Part shown: positions 1 through 9,299 of the stretch, in pieces
Layout: every line of letters begins with the position of its first letter
Position numbering within the stretch: position 1 is the first letter of the stretch
DNA from: Nitrospirales bacterium
Lineage (GTDB): Bacteria > Nitrospirota > Nitrospiria > Nitrospirales > UBA8639
Length of the DNA: 64,000 nucleotides
Reading direction: 5' to 3'
Assembly: GCA_963555755.3 (NCBI GenBank)
Contig: OY820905.2
Coordinates: 3,104,001 to 3,168,000, forward strand
Notes under the pieces: generated by a model
Database searches by the model: none
The model's input: only the letters and a program-made list of their open reading frames with translations
What the model was told of the DNA's origin: nothing
Translations under genes and position numbers: made by a program

Positions 1-33
1 CGGCCTTGCTGGACAACCTTTTTCAACAACCCC
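1..33. repeat. Right end of a family-A MITE/REP-like element, truncated by the window edge
   Basis: cggccttgctggac...ctttttcaacaaccc matches the terminal part of the elements at 5482-5651, 6614-6734 and 21398-21520. Confidence 0.6.
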
Positions 34-164
34 TTTCCCTTCAGGAGGCATTCATTGATTGAAATCAATGTCATTTTGCCCTTTATAATCATTGGTTTTC
101 CTTAATATCCAACCCCTACCAGCCGAAAACTCTGAACAACTTTCACTAGAATAGAGGTTTGAGA

Positions 165-1004
165 ATGACAGATTTTGCGCGAGAACTGACCGTTGCCGTG
201 GAATTGGCGAGGAAAGCCGGGGCTGCCATCATGGAAGTGTATGCCACGGATTTTTCCGTCGACTATAAAGGCAAGAACGATCCCGTAACTGATGCCGACA
301 AACGTGGGAATGAGCTTATTGTCAAAGGGCTCCAACACGCCTTTCCCGACGATATCATCGTTGCCGAAGAAAGCGAAAAACCCGACGACAATCAAACGGG
401 CAACCGGGTTTGGTATGTCGATCCCGTGGATGGCACTAAGGAGTTTATTGCCAAAAATGGCGAATTTTCCGTGATGATCGGGTTGGCCGTCAACGGACAC
501 GCCAAGCTTGGGGTAGTCTATCGGTCAGATGAAGATAGGCTGTATGCCGGAATAGTGGATCAGGAAGCCTGGATGGAAGTGAAGGGCGAACGGACTCGTT
601 TAGCAGTCACTTCACCAGAACCTTCGGCCTCAATTACGCTGACAGTCTCACGCTCGCATCGCAATCCCCTGTTGGAGAAAATTGGCCAAGACATCGGGGT
701 GGGAAAAGAAATTCCTTCAGGCAGCGTCGGGTTAAAAATCGGCCTCATTGCCCGAGGTCTGGCGGATGTGTACATGGAACCCGGCCCCTATACCAAGCTC
801 TGGGATGCTTGCGGGCCCGAAGCCATACTTCGCGCAGCCGGCGGACATTTTACGAATGTCTTTGGGGAACAATTGGTCTATGGCCTCACCCAACTCAAAA
901 ATACGCATGGGTTGGTTGCGACCAATAGGGCGTTTCATAAAAAGGTCATTCAAGCCCTGGAACCTGTGGCTCGTGAGTTAGGGCTTGCGCCACAAGTAGG
1001 GTAA
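165..1004 (+). CDS. cysQ: 3'(2'),5'-bisphosphate nucleotidase CysQ (inositol monophosphatase family)
   Basis: Motifs DPVTDAD, EE, WYVDPVDGTKEF, VSRSH, GSVGLK, WDACGP; ATG at 165 follows a GAGG RBS. Confidence 0.9.
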   Translation: MTDFARELTVAVELARKAGAAIMEVYATDFSVDYKGKNDPVTDADKRGNELIVKGLQHAFPDDIIVAEESEKPDDNQTGNRVWYVDPVDGTKEFIAKNGEFSVMIGLAVNGHAKLGVVYRSDEDRLYAGIVDQEAWMEVKGERTRLAVTSPEPSASITLTVSRSHRNPLLEKIGQDIGVGKEIPSGSVGLKIGLIARGLADVYMEPGPYTKLWDACGPEAILRAAGGHFTNVFGEQLVYGLTQLKNTHGLVATNRAFHKKVIQALEPVARELGLAPQVG

Positions 1005-1240
1005 GGGTGTAGTTCCCTATCCCTAAGCCATAAGGTCGAACAAATCCCTTCTTGTTCTAAAGCATGTCCTTCCTTCTTCTAATTTTTTCGGAATTGATTG
1101 TATCCAGGGTTTCGTCCCCTCAAAGAAATGAATAGGGGAGTGCCACCCTACAATGCTCGAATTCCCCCATCAGGAATTTCTCAGGGCCCCACTGGCCATT
1201 CTCTGAACCGATCGAGGCGGGTGGTGATACAGCACAAGGG

Positions 1241-2284
1241 TTATTCCCGAATCGCGTGGGACCGCTTTTGGGCATAGGCCTTGCGAACGGCTCTGTACAT
1301 GTCGAGGGTAGCCACTTCTACGCCTTCGTAATGTTCGAGATTCTGTGAGCGTTCGTTCACGATTTCAGTCGCGCGCACTGAAGCTTGCGGGAGAAAGGGC
1401 AAAAAATACGTTAAAGGATCGAGAAGCACATCCCCAACCGTTCCGATTCCATCCCGAACAGTCGTTGGAGGAAGAAACGGCAGGATGAGATAGGGACCGG
1501 GTTGCACGCCGTGCTTGGCAAGGGTTTGACCAAAGTCTTCCCCTGGGACAGCCTTAAGATCGAGGTAATCGCCAGCCACGTCAAACAACCCCGCGACACC
1601 CACCGTGCTGTTGACCACAAACCGCCCGACCTCGATTCCGGCGTTCTCCCATTTCCATTGCAACAGATCATTCACGGTGCGTGGGACGAACCGAATGTTT
1701 GTAATGGCTCGACCAATGGCCCGTTCAACAGGATCGGGTACCAGCCAGGCATACCCCGTGACCACCGGCTTTAACACATACCGATAGGCTTGCATGTTAA
1801 ACGAAAACACTTTGACATTCATGGGCTCCCAGGGGTCACGGATGACCTCTGTTTGCGCGTCGTCACTAAAGGGACCTGGGTAGGTGTCTTTCACAACCAT
1901 TTCTTCTAGCCGCTGAACGTCTGGCTTGATGAATTCGTCTGTTTCCAAGCTCGAAGTCTGGTCAGTGTCTACTCTTGTCGCCACTTGTTGGGGGGCCTGT
2001 TCATCCGCCTGAGGATCGGCGTGTGAGGCATAGGAGCCCTGATTAATTCTGAGGGTATGCAGCCGTGATTCAGCATCGGCCAGTTGTTGATCCAAACGTG
2101 TGGTTTGTTCGGCCAAGATCTTATTATTGAGGGGAATGTCGGCGGAGGCTTCGCGTGTCACCCCGGCCTCGACCTGAAAAGGCAGAGCTATGATAAAACC
2201 GGTAGCGATGACACTTACAAGAAGCCCTGTGGTTTGTGCAAAATTTCTTCCTCCAAAACACCTAATCAATTGAGCTGTGGCCAT
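1241..2284 (-). CDS. mlaA: VacJ/MlaA family lipid asymmetry maintenance protein with a long N-terminal extension
   Basis: Motifs DPWEPMN, RFVVNSTVGVAGLFDVA, EDFGQTL, GPYLILPFLPPTTVRD; the start codon is uncertain (2284 or 2311). Confidence 0.85.
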   Translation of the reverse strand: MATAQLIRCFGGRNFAQTTGLLVSVIATGFIIALPFQVEAGVTREASADIPLNNKILAEQTTRLDQQLADAESRLHTLRINQGSYASHADPQADEQAPQQVATRVDTDQTSSLETDEFIKPDVQRLEEMVVKDTYPGPFSDDAQTEVIRDPWEPMNVKVFSFNMQAYRYVLKPVVTGYAWLVPDPVERAIGRAITNIRFVPRTVNDLLQWKWENAGIEVGRFVVNSTVGVAGLFDVAGDYLDLKAVPGEDFGQTLAKHGVQPGPYLILPFLPPTTVRDGIGTVGDVLLDPLTYFLPFLPQASVRATEIVNERSQNLEHYEGVEVATLDMYRAVRKAYAQKRSHAIRE

Positions 2285-2675
2285 GAATGTGACTCCGTAT
2301 GAGTATAGCAAGCTTCTGCCTACCCATGCCGAAAAGTGGTTTCGTGTTCTCTTAGGAATGTTTTGCCAAATTCCCCCACTCCTCTTTCGGTTTATGCCGA
2401 AAGACCTTTATGAAGTATTTCTTTCACCTCCGAACATCATTTTTTTGTTTTGGGGATGTGTAGTGAAATTCTGATGACTACCGAGTCATGTATTCCTATG
2501 CCTGTTCATATTTGGAGAATGTTGAAAATGGGCGTCATTGTGGACGTGAAGCGGAAGGGTGGTCTTGATTTTTCATCTTGCCTCTTTTCGCATCACGCAT
2601 TACCCTCCACTCATTACGTCCCCCAAAAAGCACGGTAGCGGACTTTTTCAACAGCCCCTGCTAGAATCCGATTGA

Positions 2676-4298
2676 ATGTCTGATTCACCCCAACCACCAT
2701 CATCCGTAAATCAGCCATCCGAGGACCATCGCTCCATTGCCGGAGCAGCGGGTCTCATCGGTGCGGCAACTTTTAGCAGCCGCATCCTCGGCCTTATCCG
2801 TGACATCATTCTGGCTCGTCTGTTAGGGGCCTCAGCTTCGGCGGACGCTTTTTTTGTGGCCTATCGCGTTCCCAATTTGCTGCGAGAGTTACTTGCGGAA
2901 GGCTCGATGTCCTCGGCCTTCATTCCGGTGTTTACCGAATACCACACCCTACGCACCAAACGAGAGACGTGGGAATTAGCCAGTGCCGCATTTACCACAC
3001 TGCTCTCCATCGTCACGCTGATTACGCTAATCGGGGTTGTCGTGGCGCCGACGATTGTCTGGCTCCTGGCGCCGGGTTTCCACGATGAGCCAACGCAATT
3101 GGAGATGACGACCATCCTCACGCAAGTCATGTTCCCGTATCTCATTTTTATCAGCTTGGCGGCGTTGACCATGGGGATGCTGAATTCGCTTCGAGCCTTT
3201 GCAGCCCCCGCGCTCGCTCCGGTGTTTTTTAATATCTGTGTGATCGCGGCGGCATTGTTCCTTGCTCCGTTGCTGGATGAGCCGGTGATTGGCGTGGCTA
3301 TTGGGGTTGTGGTCGGTGGGCTCGCGCAGTTTGTGATGCAACTACCTAGTGTGCACAAACGTGGTTTTCTATTTCAATGGCGCTTTGATCTGGGCCATCC
3401 GGGAGTTCGACGGATTGGGTGGCTCATCGTACCTTCGTTGTTGGGCACGTCCGTCACCCAGATCAATATTACAGTGAATACGATTCTGGCATCGTATTTT
3501 GAGGGAGGGCCAACGTACTTATTTTACGGCATGCGGCTCATCCAATTTCCTCTGGGAATTTTTGGGGTCGCTCTGGCCACGGCAATTCTCCCCACACTTT
3601 CCGCCCAAGCGGCCAAAGGATCGATGGATGAACTTCGGCAAACCGTAGGGTTTGGGTTGCGGATGATTTCGTTTATTATCCTTCCCGCCATGGCGGGGCT
3701 TATTTTACTGCGGGTTCCCATCGTCCATCTCTTCTTTGAACATGGGGCGTTTACGGCGGCGGATACGGCAGGGACTGCGGTCGCGCTTCTTGGGTATGCG
3801 GTAGGGTTGTGGGCGTTTGCCGGTATGCGGATTATCGTCGCGGCTTTCTACTCGATGCAGGATACTAAGACCCCGGCCATTGCGGCAGTCACGGCGATGT
3901 TCATCAATATTTTATTGGCACTGTGGCTCATGGGTCCGCTCGAATATGCGGGATTAGCCTTAGCCACGGCACTCTCGGCCATGGTGAACATCACGATTCT
4001 CGTCTCCGTGCTTACCTCCCGCTTGGGAGGCATTGATTGGTGGCACTTTGGGCAATCATTCGGACGTGCCTTAATTGCGACCATTCCCGTGGTGGTGGCC
4101 TGTCTGTGGATTGCCAATTTGGCGGTGTGGCAGCGGGAAGACGAGTGGATCGCGAAAAGTATCATGCTCGTGGTAGGGATTGGGTTAAGTGTGACCGGAT
4201 ACGTGGGAACGCATGCCCTGTATCAATCTCAAGAACTTGATGTATTGTGGCAACTGGTTCAAACGAAAGTCCTACGCAGGAAATCCTCGGCAACATAA
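2676..4298 (+). CDS. murJ: Lipid II flippase MurJ (MviN)
   Basis: SRILGLIRD, ADAFFVAYRVPNLLRELLAEG, RLIQFPLGIFG; many transmembrane segments. Confidence 0.95.
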   Translation: MSDSPQPPSSVNQPSEDHRSIAGAAGLIGAATFSSRILGLIRDIILARLLGASASADAFFVAYRVPNLLRELLAEGSMSSAFIPVFTEYHTLRTKRETWELASAAFTTLLSIVTLITLIGVVVAPTIVWLLAPGFHDEPTQLEMTTILTQVMFPYLIFISLAALTMGMLNSLRAFAAPALAPVFFNICVIAAALFLAPLLDEPVIGVAIGVVVGGLAQFVMQLPSVHKRGFLFQWRFDLGHPGVRRIGWLIVPSLLGTSVTQINITVNTILASYFEGGPTYLFYGMRLIQFPLGIFGVALATAILPTLSAQAAKGSMDELRQTVGFGLRMISFIILPAMAGLILLRVPIVHLFFEHGAFTAADTAGTAVALLGYAVGLWAFAGMRIIVAAFYSMQDTKTPAIAAVTAMFINILLALWLMGPLEYAGLALATALSAMVNITILVSVLTSRLGGIDWWHFGQSFGRALIATIPVVVACLWIANLAVWQREDEWIAKSIMLVVGIGLSVTGYVGTHALYQSQELDVLWQLVQTKVLRRKSSAT

Positions 4299-4330
4299 TT
4301 TTTGCACGTGGTGGGACGAGGTAACACTTC

Positions 4331-4795
4331 ATGAAGGCTGTGATTCAACGAGTCACTTCAGCTTCAGTGGAAGTTGATCACCAAATGATTGGACAAATCG
4401 ATGAGGGTTTGCTAGTCCTTATCGGGGCCGCAAAAGGCGATACCTCTGTAGATGTCGACTACCTGGTTGAGAAAATTCCGAACCTTCGAATTTTTCCCGA
4501 TGACGAAGGGAAAATGAATCGATCCTTGATGGACATGGGCGGCCAGCTTCTTCTTGTCTCGCAGTTTACCTTGTTGGGGGACATGCATCGTGGCAAGCGT
4601 CCGGGTTTTGATCAGGCGGCTCATCCAGACCAGGCCAGGCAATTGTATGACTCTGCCATTGCCAAATTTCGAGAAAAAGGGGTGCCGATTCAAACAGGCC
4701 AGTTTGGCTCGAACATGTTGGTTTCATTGAAGAATAATGGGCCAGTGACCTTTATTCTTGATAGTCGAAAAGGAGGCTCTGGTAAAATAGATTAA
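4331..4795 (+). CDS. dtd: D-aminoacyl-tRNA deacylase
   Basis: MKAVIQRV, SQFTL, NNGPVT motifs. Confidence 0.95.
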   Translation: MKAVIQRVTSASVEVDHQMIGQIDEGLLVLIGAAKGDTSVDVDYLVEKIPNLRIFPDDEGKMNRSLMDMGGQLLLVSQFTLLGDMHRGKRPGFDQAAHPDQARQLYDSAIAKFREKGVPIQTGQFGSNMLVSLKNNGPVTFILDSRKGGSGKID

Positions 4796-4888
4796 GGAAC
4801 GTTTTACCCACTTCCGATAAGGGGACTTAGAAACAGCTCGAGACTCTTTTTGGGCTACCTGGTGAATGGTTCAGTTGGAGGGAAGATT

Positions 4889-5455
4889 ATGGAAGCGACG
4901 GTTCCTCAACATCATCCACTCAGACAATTGTTCGGCGCCCTTACCGAGCGCAATTTTACGGAAACCTTAGGGTGGCCTGATTTCAATGTCACCGCCTACA
5001 TCTCAAATCTTCTCGTTGAATTCGCCCACATTGACCGGTTACACAGCATTCAAAACCAGAAGGGGCAAACCGTCGAAACCGTCGTCGAACTCCTCTATGA
5101 ATCTGAAGCTCACGGGGACAGCGACTCCTCAGAGCGGGAATGCGAAATCCACCGACATATTGGCGACTTCACGCTCTTTATTGCCGGGTTATTTCCGGAA
5201 TACCTCCGTTACTTGAAATCCAGCGGGATGATTTACCACAACGATCATCTGGTGGACTATATGAAAGCCGGGAAACGCTCGTACAGCATCGTGGCTGCCT
5301 TTCAGCAGGGTGAGTTCAAAGAACAGCCAGCCTTATTTCAAAAACTCTCTTCCAACTTTGAGCTGTGCGTCACAGGTCTGGGGTTTGTTCGTGAAGATCT
5401 GAACCGCATGGGCCATCCACCGTACCAACAAGCCAAAGACATTTTGCTGCATTAA
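4889..5455 (+). CDS. Conserved hypothetical protein (helical, HIGDFTLFIAGLFPE motif)
   Basis: Long ORF with GGAGG RBS before ATG 4889; function not recognised. Confidence 0.7.
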   Translation: MEATVPQHHPLRQLFGALTERNFTETLGWPDFNVTAYISNLLVEFAHIDRLHSIQNQKGQTVETVVELLYESEAHGDSDSSERECEIHRHIGDFTLFIAGLFPEYLRYLKSSGMIYHNDHLVDYMKAGKRSYSIVAAFQQGEFKEQPALFQKLSSNFELCVTGLGFVREDLNRMGHPPYQQAKDILLH

Positions 5456-5481
5456 AGCCGTGCCTCGCGCTCGCCCTCTCA

Positions 5482-5651
5482 GGGAATGTTGAAAAAAGCC
5501 GCCAGCGGCGTTCTCGCCCTTTTGCCGTGCTCACGTACGAAGCGTACGCTCCGCGCGCCAAAAGGATCGCGGCCTTTCCTTCGATAAACTCAGGACAGGG
5601 CTGGATAGACCCTTCGGCTAGACTCAGGGCATGTTTTTTTGAACATTCCCT
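5482..5651. repeat. Family-A MITE/REP-like element with nested CCTTCG..CTCAGG palindromic motifs
   Basis: Terminal inverted repeats gggaatgttgaaaaa / ttttgaacattccc; internal gccagcggcgttctcg and gtgctcacgtac..cgtacgctccgc are shared with other copies. Confidence 0.8.
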
Positions 5652-5686
5652 CCAACTGATGAGGTTCCGCTCATCCTGAGCATTAA

Positions 5687-6613
5687 ATGGCTATTAGAGT
5701 GAAATATTCAACCGCCCCTCTCACAGTGCTCGTTCATGGTGGAGCCGGCGGCAAAAAACCCACTGCGGCCCAACGGTCTTGTCTCACTGAATCCCTCATC
5801 TCCGGCATGCACATTCTGAAAACCGGAGGCCCTTCTATCGATGCCATTGAGGTGATGATCCGTCTGATGGAAGGTTCTGGCTTGTTCAATGCTGGGATCG
5901 GTTCGCGTCTGCAGCGCGATGGCAGAAAACGTATGGATGCGGGTCTCATGGAAGGTGCACACCTCAAGGCTGGGGCGATAGCCAGTATCGAGGGAATCCG
6001 ACACCCTATCTCAGCGGCCCGCCTTGTCATGGAACACACCGAGCATGTTCTGTTGGTTGGTCATCACGCCACTCGCTTTGCTCGCCACTTTAAGGTTGAA
6101 AAAGACCGTTTGGGTTCTTCATCCCATCGTCAGAGGATAGCTTCATTAAGCCGAGAAAAAGAACGTTCGAAGACGCTCAAACTTTTTCGAGCCTTGACCC
6201 AATACGAAACTGTTGGGGCGGTGGTATTAGATAGCAAAGGAATAATCGCTGCAGGAACATCAACAGGAGGCTATTCCATGATGCTCCCAGGCCGAGTCGG
6301 AGACTCCCCTTTGATCGGGTGCGGGGTCTATGCTGACAATACTTGCGGAGGAGTCTCAATGACGGGCAAAGGTGAATCCATCATAAAATTGGCCTTAGCG
6401 AAACATATTTTGATGGATATGAAGCAGGGAAACAGTCCGCGTGTGGCAACACGAAAAGCCTTGCGCGAACTCGTTCTACGGATTCAGGGCGAGGCGGGCG
6501 CGCTAGTCCTTGCTCCGGATGGACGATTCTCAATTCAGCACACCACTCGGTGGATGAGCGCCGGATTTTGGAATGGCCGAGGGAAGCCCACTGTCGCTGA
6601 CAAGTTCTCCTAG
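5687..6613 (+). CDS. iaaA: Isoaspartyl peptidase/L-asparaginase (Ntn hydrolase)
   Basis: VHGGAG, FNAGIGS, MDAGLM, catalytic ETVGAV, GTSTGG, GRVGDSP, TGKGE. Confidence 0.9.
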   Translation: MAIRVKYSTAPLTVLVHGGAGGKKPTAAQRSCLTESLISGMHILKTGGPSIDAIEVMIRLMEGSGLFNAGIGSRLQRDGRKRMDAGLMEGAHLKAGAIASIEGIRHPISAARLVMEHTEHVLLVGHHATRFARHFKVEKDRLGSSSHRQRIASLSREKERSKTLKLFRALTQYETVGAVVLDSKGIIAAGTSTGGYSMMLPGRVGDSPLIGCGVYADNTCGGVSMTGKGESIIKLALAKHILMDMKQGNSPRVATRKALRELVLRIQGEAGALVLAPDGRFSIQHTTRWMSAGFWNGRGKPTVADKFS

Positions 6614-6734
6614 CCGAATGTTCAAAAAGGTCTGTCCAGCAAGGCCGCAGGGTTGTTGGCGAGCGGAGCGTACACCAGTACGTGAGCACGACAACAACCC
6701 GAGAACGCTGCTGGCAGCCTTTTTCAACATTCGG
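6614..6734. repeat. Family-A MITE (121 bp) flanked by CTAG
   Basis: TIRs ccgaatgttcaaaaagg / cctttttcaacattcgg, with CTAG at 6610-6613 and 6735-6738. Confidence 0.85.
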
Positions 6735-7334
6735 CTAGGGCATGACATCGAGCTCGCTTAACACCTCCTCCAAGTGTCCATCGACTTTCACCCTGTGAAA
6801 GATATCATCAATCTTTCCGTTCTCATCAATGATAAACGTCGTCCGCTCAATGCCCATGAACTTCCTGCCGTAGAGGGATTTTTCCTTCCACACCCCGTAG
6901 GCCTGGAGCATCTTCTTGCTTTCATCACTGATCAAGGGAAAGTTGAGGTTAAATTTTTTGGCAAATTTCTTGTGGGACTCCACGGAATCTCCGCTCACGC
7001 CGATCACCTCGGCACGAATGCCATGGATTTCATCAATCCCATCCCGGAAGGCACAGGACTCTTTCGTGCACCCTGGGGTATCGTCTTTGGGATAAAAATA
7101 CAGGACGACTTTTTTCCCTTTGTAATCCGATAGACTCACGATTTTTCCATCTTGATTCGGTAGCGAAAAAGCCGGTGCCTTTTGGCCGTTCTTCAACTGC
7201 ACGGTTGAAGCTGGCGGTGCAGACTTAGCGGCTTTCGCTGGCTTCGCCACCTTCTTTGTCGTCGTCGCGTTCTTTTTTGTGCTTCCACTTGTCGTCGTTT
7301 TCGAATTGGTTTTGCTCTTTGCCGTATTGGCCAT
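6735..7334 (-). CDS. bcp: Thioredoxin-dependent peroxiredoxin Bcp/PrxQ with a Lys/Thr/Ala-rich N-terminal tail
   Basis: YFYPKDDTPGCTKESC (PxxxTxxC plus resolving Cys), ERTTFIID. Confidence 0.93.
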   Translation of the reverse strand: MANTAKSKTNSKTTTSGSTKKNATTTKKVAKPAKAAKSAPPASTVQLKNGQKAPAFSLPNQDGKIVSLSDYKGKKVVLYFYPKDDTPGCTKESCAFRDGIDEIHGIRAEVIGVSGDSVESHKKFAKKFNLNFPLISDESKKMLQAYGVWKEKSLYGRKFMGIERTTFIIDENGKIDDIFHRVKVDGHLEEVLSELDVMP

Positions 7335-7500
7335 GGGTTGCCCCTCCTTGGTTATTCACTCCCCAATATTATTCTTGGGGACTTGCAAGGCGTTCCCTTT
7401 CACCATACAAGGATTTTTTTTCAGCAAGAATCCTCGGAAATAGTATGATATACCGGGTGCCAAATCCAAGCATCTCATTTTGAAAAAAGATTGGACAAGA

Positions 7501-8658
7501 ATGAAGATCGTAGTTGATGAAAATATTCCCTTTGGGAAAGAAGCATTTTCCACACTGGGAACGGTCATGGTTCTGCCTGGGCGCCAGATTACCTCGGAAT
7601 GTCTTCAGGATGCGACAGCCCTCATTGTTCGTTCGATCACGCGGGTCAATAAAGTCTTGCTGGCTGAGACTGGCATCCGGTTTGTGGGTACTGCCACGAG
7701 TGGAATTGATCATATTAATCAGGCCTACCTGACTCAACGAAACATTGGTTTTGCCGATGCTGCCGGAAGCAATGCCAATTCAGTCGCAGAGTATGTGCTG
7801 ACTGCCTTGGTCACTGTGGCCTCTCGATTCAAGATTTCGTTGGGGGGAAAATCATTAGGGATTGTTGGTGTTGGTCGAATTGGACGTCTTGTCGCGAAGA
7901 AGGCTCAGGCCCTAGGCATGAGGGTCATTCTTCATGACCCTCCCCTTGCACGAGAAACTGGTGACCCCTGCTACCAATCGCTTGACGAGGTATTGCAGGC
8001 GGATTGTGTAACTCTCCATGTCCCCCTTATTCAAGAGGGAATTGATACGACCATCCATTTGATCGGGGAGGAACAACTAGCTCACATGTCGCCCTCTTCT
8101 GTGTTGATCAATACTTCGCGTGGAGAAGTCGTGGACAATCTTGCCCTTCTCAAGTCTATTGAACAGAATGAACTCCGAGGCGCAGTTCTGGATGTGTGGG
8201 AAGGCGAGCCATCCATCAATTGGGAACTAGCCAATCGTGTGACCATTGCCACACCTCACATCGCTGGCTATTCCTTCGACGGAAAAGTCAATGGCACCAT
8301 AATGATTTACCAAGCCGCTTGTCGCTATTTTGGGGTTGCTCCTATCTGGCAGGCTCCAGTCGATTACTCTCAGCCCTCAGACTCGGTGAATTCAATCGAT
8401 GCCCACGACCAGGAACTACAAGCCCTTGTCTTTCAATTAGCCACCCGGCTCTACGATCTTCAGGGTGACGATGCCCGTATGCGATCCTTGTTAACTCTAC
8501 CTTCTTCAGAACGCCCTGCGGGCTTTGACCAACTTCGCAAGGATTACCCCACACGTCGAGAGTTTTTCGCTTCACCGGTGGGTCTTCAACAGGCATCCCC
8601 TACCTTAGTTTCGGGATTGGCAGACCTTGGCTTTTCAATTTATCATGTTGAAAAATAA
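7501..8658 (+). CDS. pdxB: Erythronate-4-phosphate dehydrogenase
   Basis: MKIVVDENIP, VRSITRV, GTATSGIDH, GSNANSVAEY, GVGRIG, LDVWEGEP, TPHIAGYS, FDQLRKDYPTRREF. Confidence 0.92.
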   Translation: MKIVVDENIPFGKEAFSTLGTVMVLPGRQITSECLQDATALIVRSITRVNKVLLAETGIRFVGTATSGIDHINQAYLTQRNIGFADAAGSNANSVAEYVLTALVTVASRFKISLGGKSLGIVGVGRIGRLVAKKAQALGMRVILHDPPLARETGDPCYQSLDEVLQADCVTLHVPLIQEGIDTTIHLIGEEQLAHMSPSSVLINTSRGEVVDNLALLKSIEQNELRGAVLDVWEGEPSINWELANRVTIATPHIAGYSFDGKVNGTIMIYQAACRYFGVAPIWQAPVDYSQPSDSVNSIDAHDQELQALVFQLATRLYDLQGDDARMRSLLTLPSSERPAGFDQLRKDYPTRREFFASPVGLQQASPTLVSGLADLGFSIYHVEK

Positions 8659-8676
8659 ATGAAATTTAATATTATC

Positions 8677-8706
8677 TTGACAGAATGACACATCATGATA
8701 TAGATT
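8677..8706 (+). promoter_or_regulatory. Candidate sigma70 promoter of the cys operon regulator
   Basis: TTGACA at 8677-8682 and TAGATT/TATAGA near 8699-8706 in an AT-rich intergenic region. Confidence 0.5.
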
Positions 8707-8727
8707 AACGTAATTCCGATCGGGTTT

Positions 8728-9195
8728 ATGTTAATTAAAATGATCAGGGTACCTTTAAAAATCACGTATGGAATTTTGGTGGCGCTAGATCTGGCGTTGC
8801 GGTATGACACGGCCCCGGTTCAGGCCAAGGTGATTGCCAAACGGCAATCGATCCCTATTCGTTTTATTGAGCAGGTCTTACAGACCTTAAGGCAAGGCGG
8901 GGTCGTTGATAGCGTGCGGGGGGCCCAAGGCGGGTATTCTTTGAAAACGGCTCCTTCCGACCTCTCGTTGGCCGATATCGTTGAAGCCATGAATGGCTCA
9001 TTGGAAACAGATGTACGACAAATTCCTACCAACGGTCAGTTAAAACGTCCTATACATCATGAAGCCTTATTATCTACAATATGGGACCGCGTTCGCCAAG
9101 CGGAGCTGGACGTGTTGAATTCGGTCACCTTGGAAACCCTGACAAAGCAATACACGCAGTTGGAACAAGAACAGGTTCCCATGTACCACATTTGA
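8728..9195 (+). CDS. cymR: Rrf2 family transcriptional regulator (CymR-like, no Fe-S cysteines)
   Basis: IAKRQSIPIRFIEQV, SVRGAQGGYSL, C-terminal MYHI; first gene before the sulfate assimilation genes. Confidence 0.8.
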   Translation: MLIKMIRVPLKITYGILVALDLALRYDTAPVQAKVIAKRQSIPIRFIEQVLQTLRQGGVVDSVRGAQGGYSLKTAPSDLSLADIVEAMNGSLETDVRQIPTNGQLKRPIHHEALLSTIWDRVRQAELDVLNSVTLETLTKQYTQLEQEQVPMYHI

Positions 9196-9220
9196 ATGGT
9201 TGAGTAATTATTTATGGGAT

Positions 9221-9245
9221 ATAACAGACCATTCAGGTCAAATTT
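9221..9245. promoter_or_regulatory. Candidate Rrf2 operator
   Basis: ATAACA-GACC-ATTCA-GGTC-AAATTT, a 25-bp dyad with the spacing of IscR type-1 sites, upstream of the sulfite reductase. Confidence 0.4.
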
Positions 9246-9299
9246 ATCAGTTATCGTGAGCACGTTGATTTCATTACAGACTTTTTTCGGAGGCGCATC

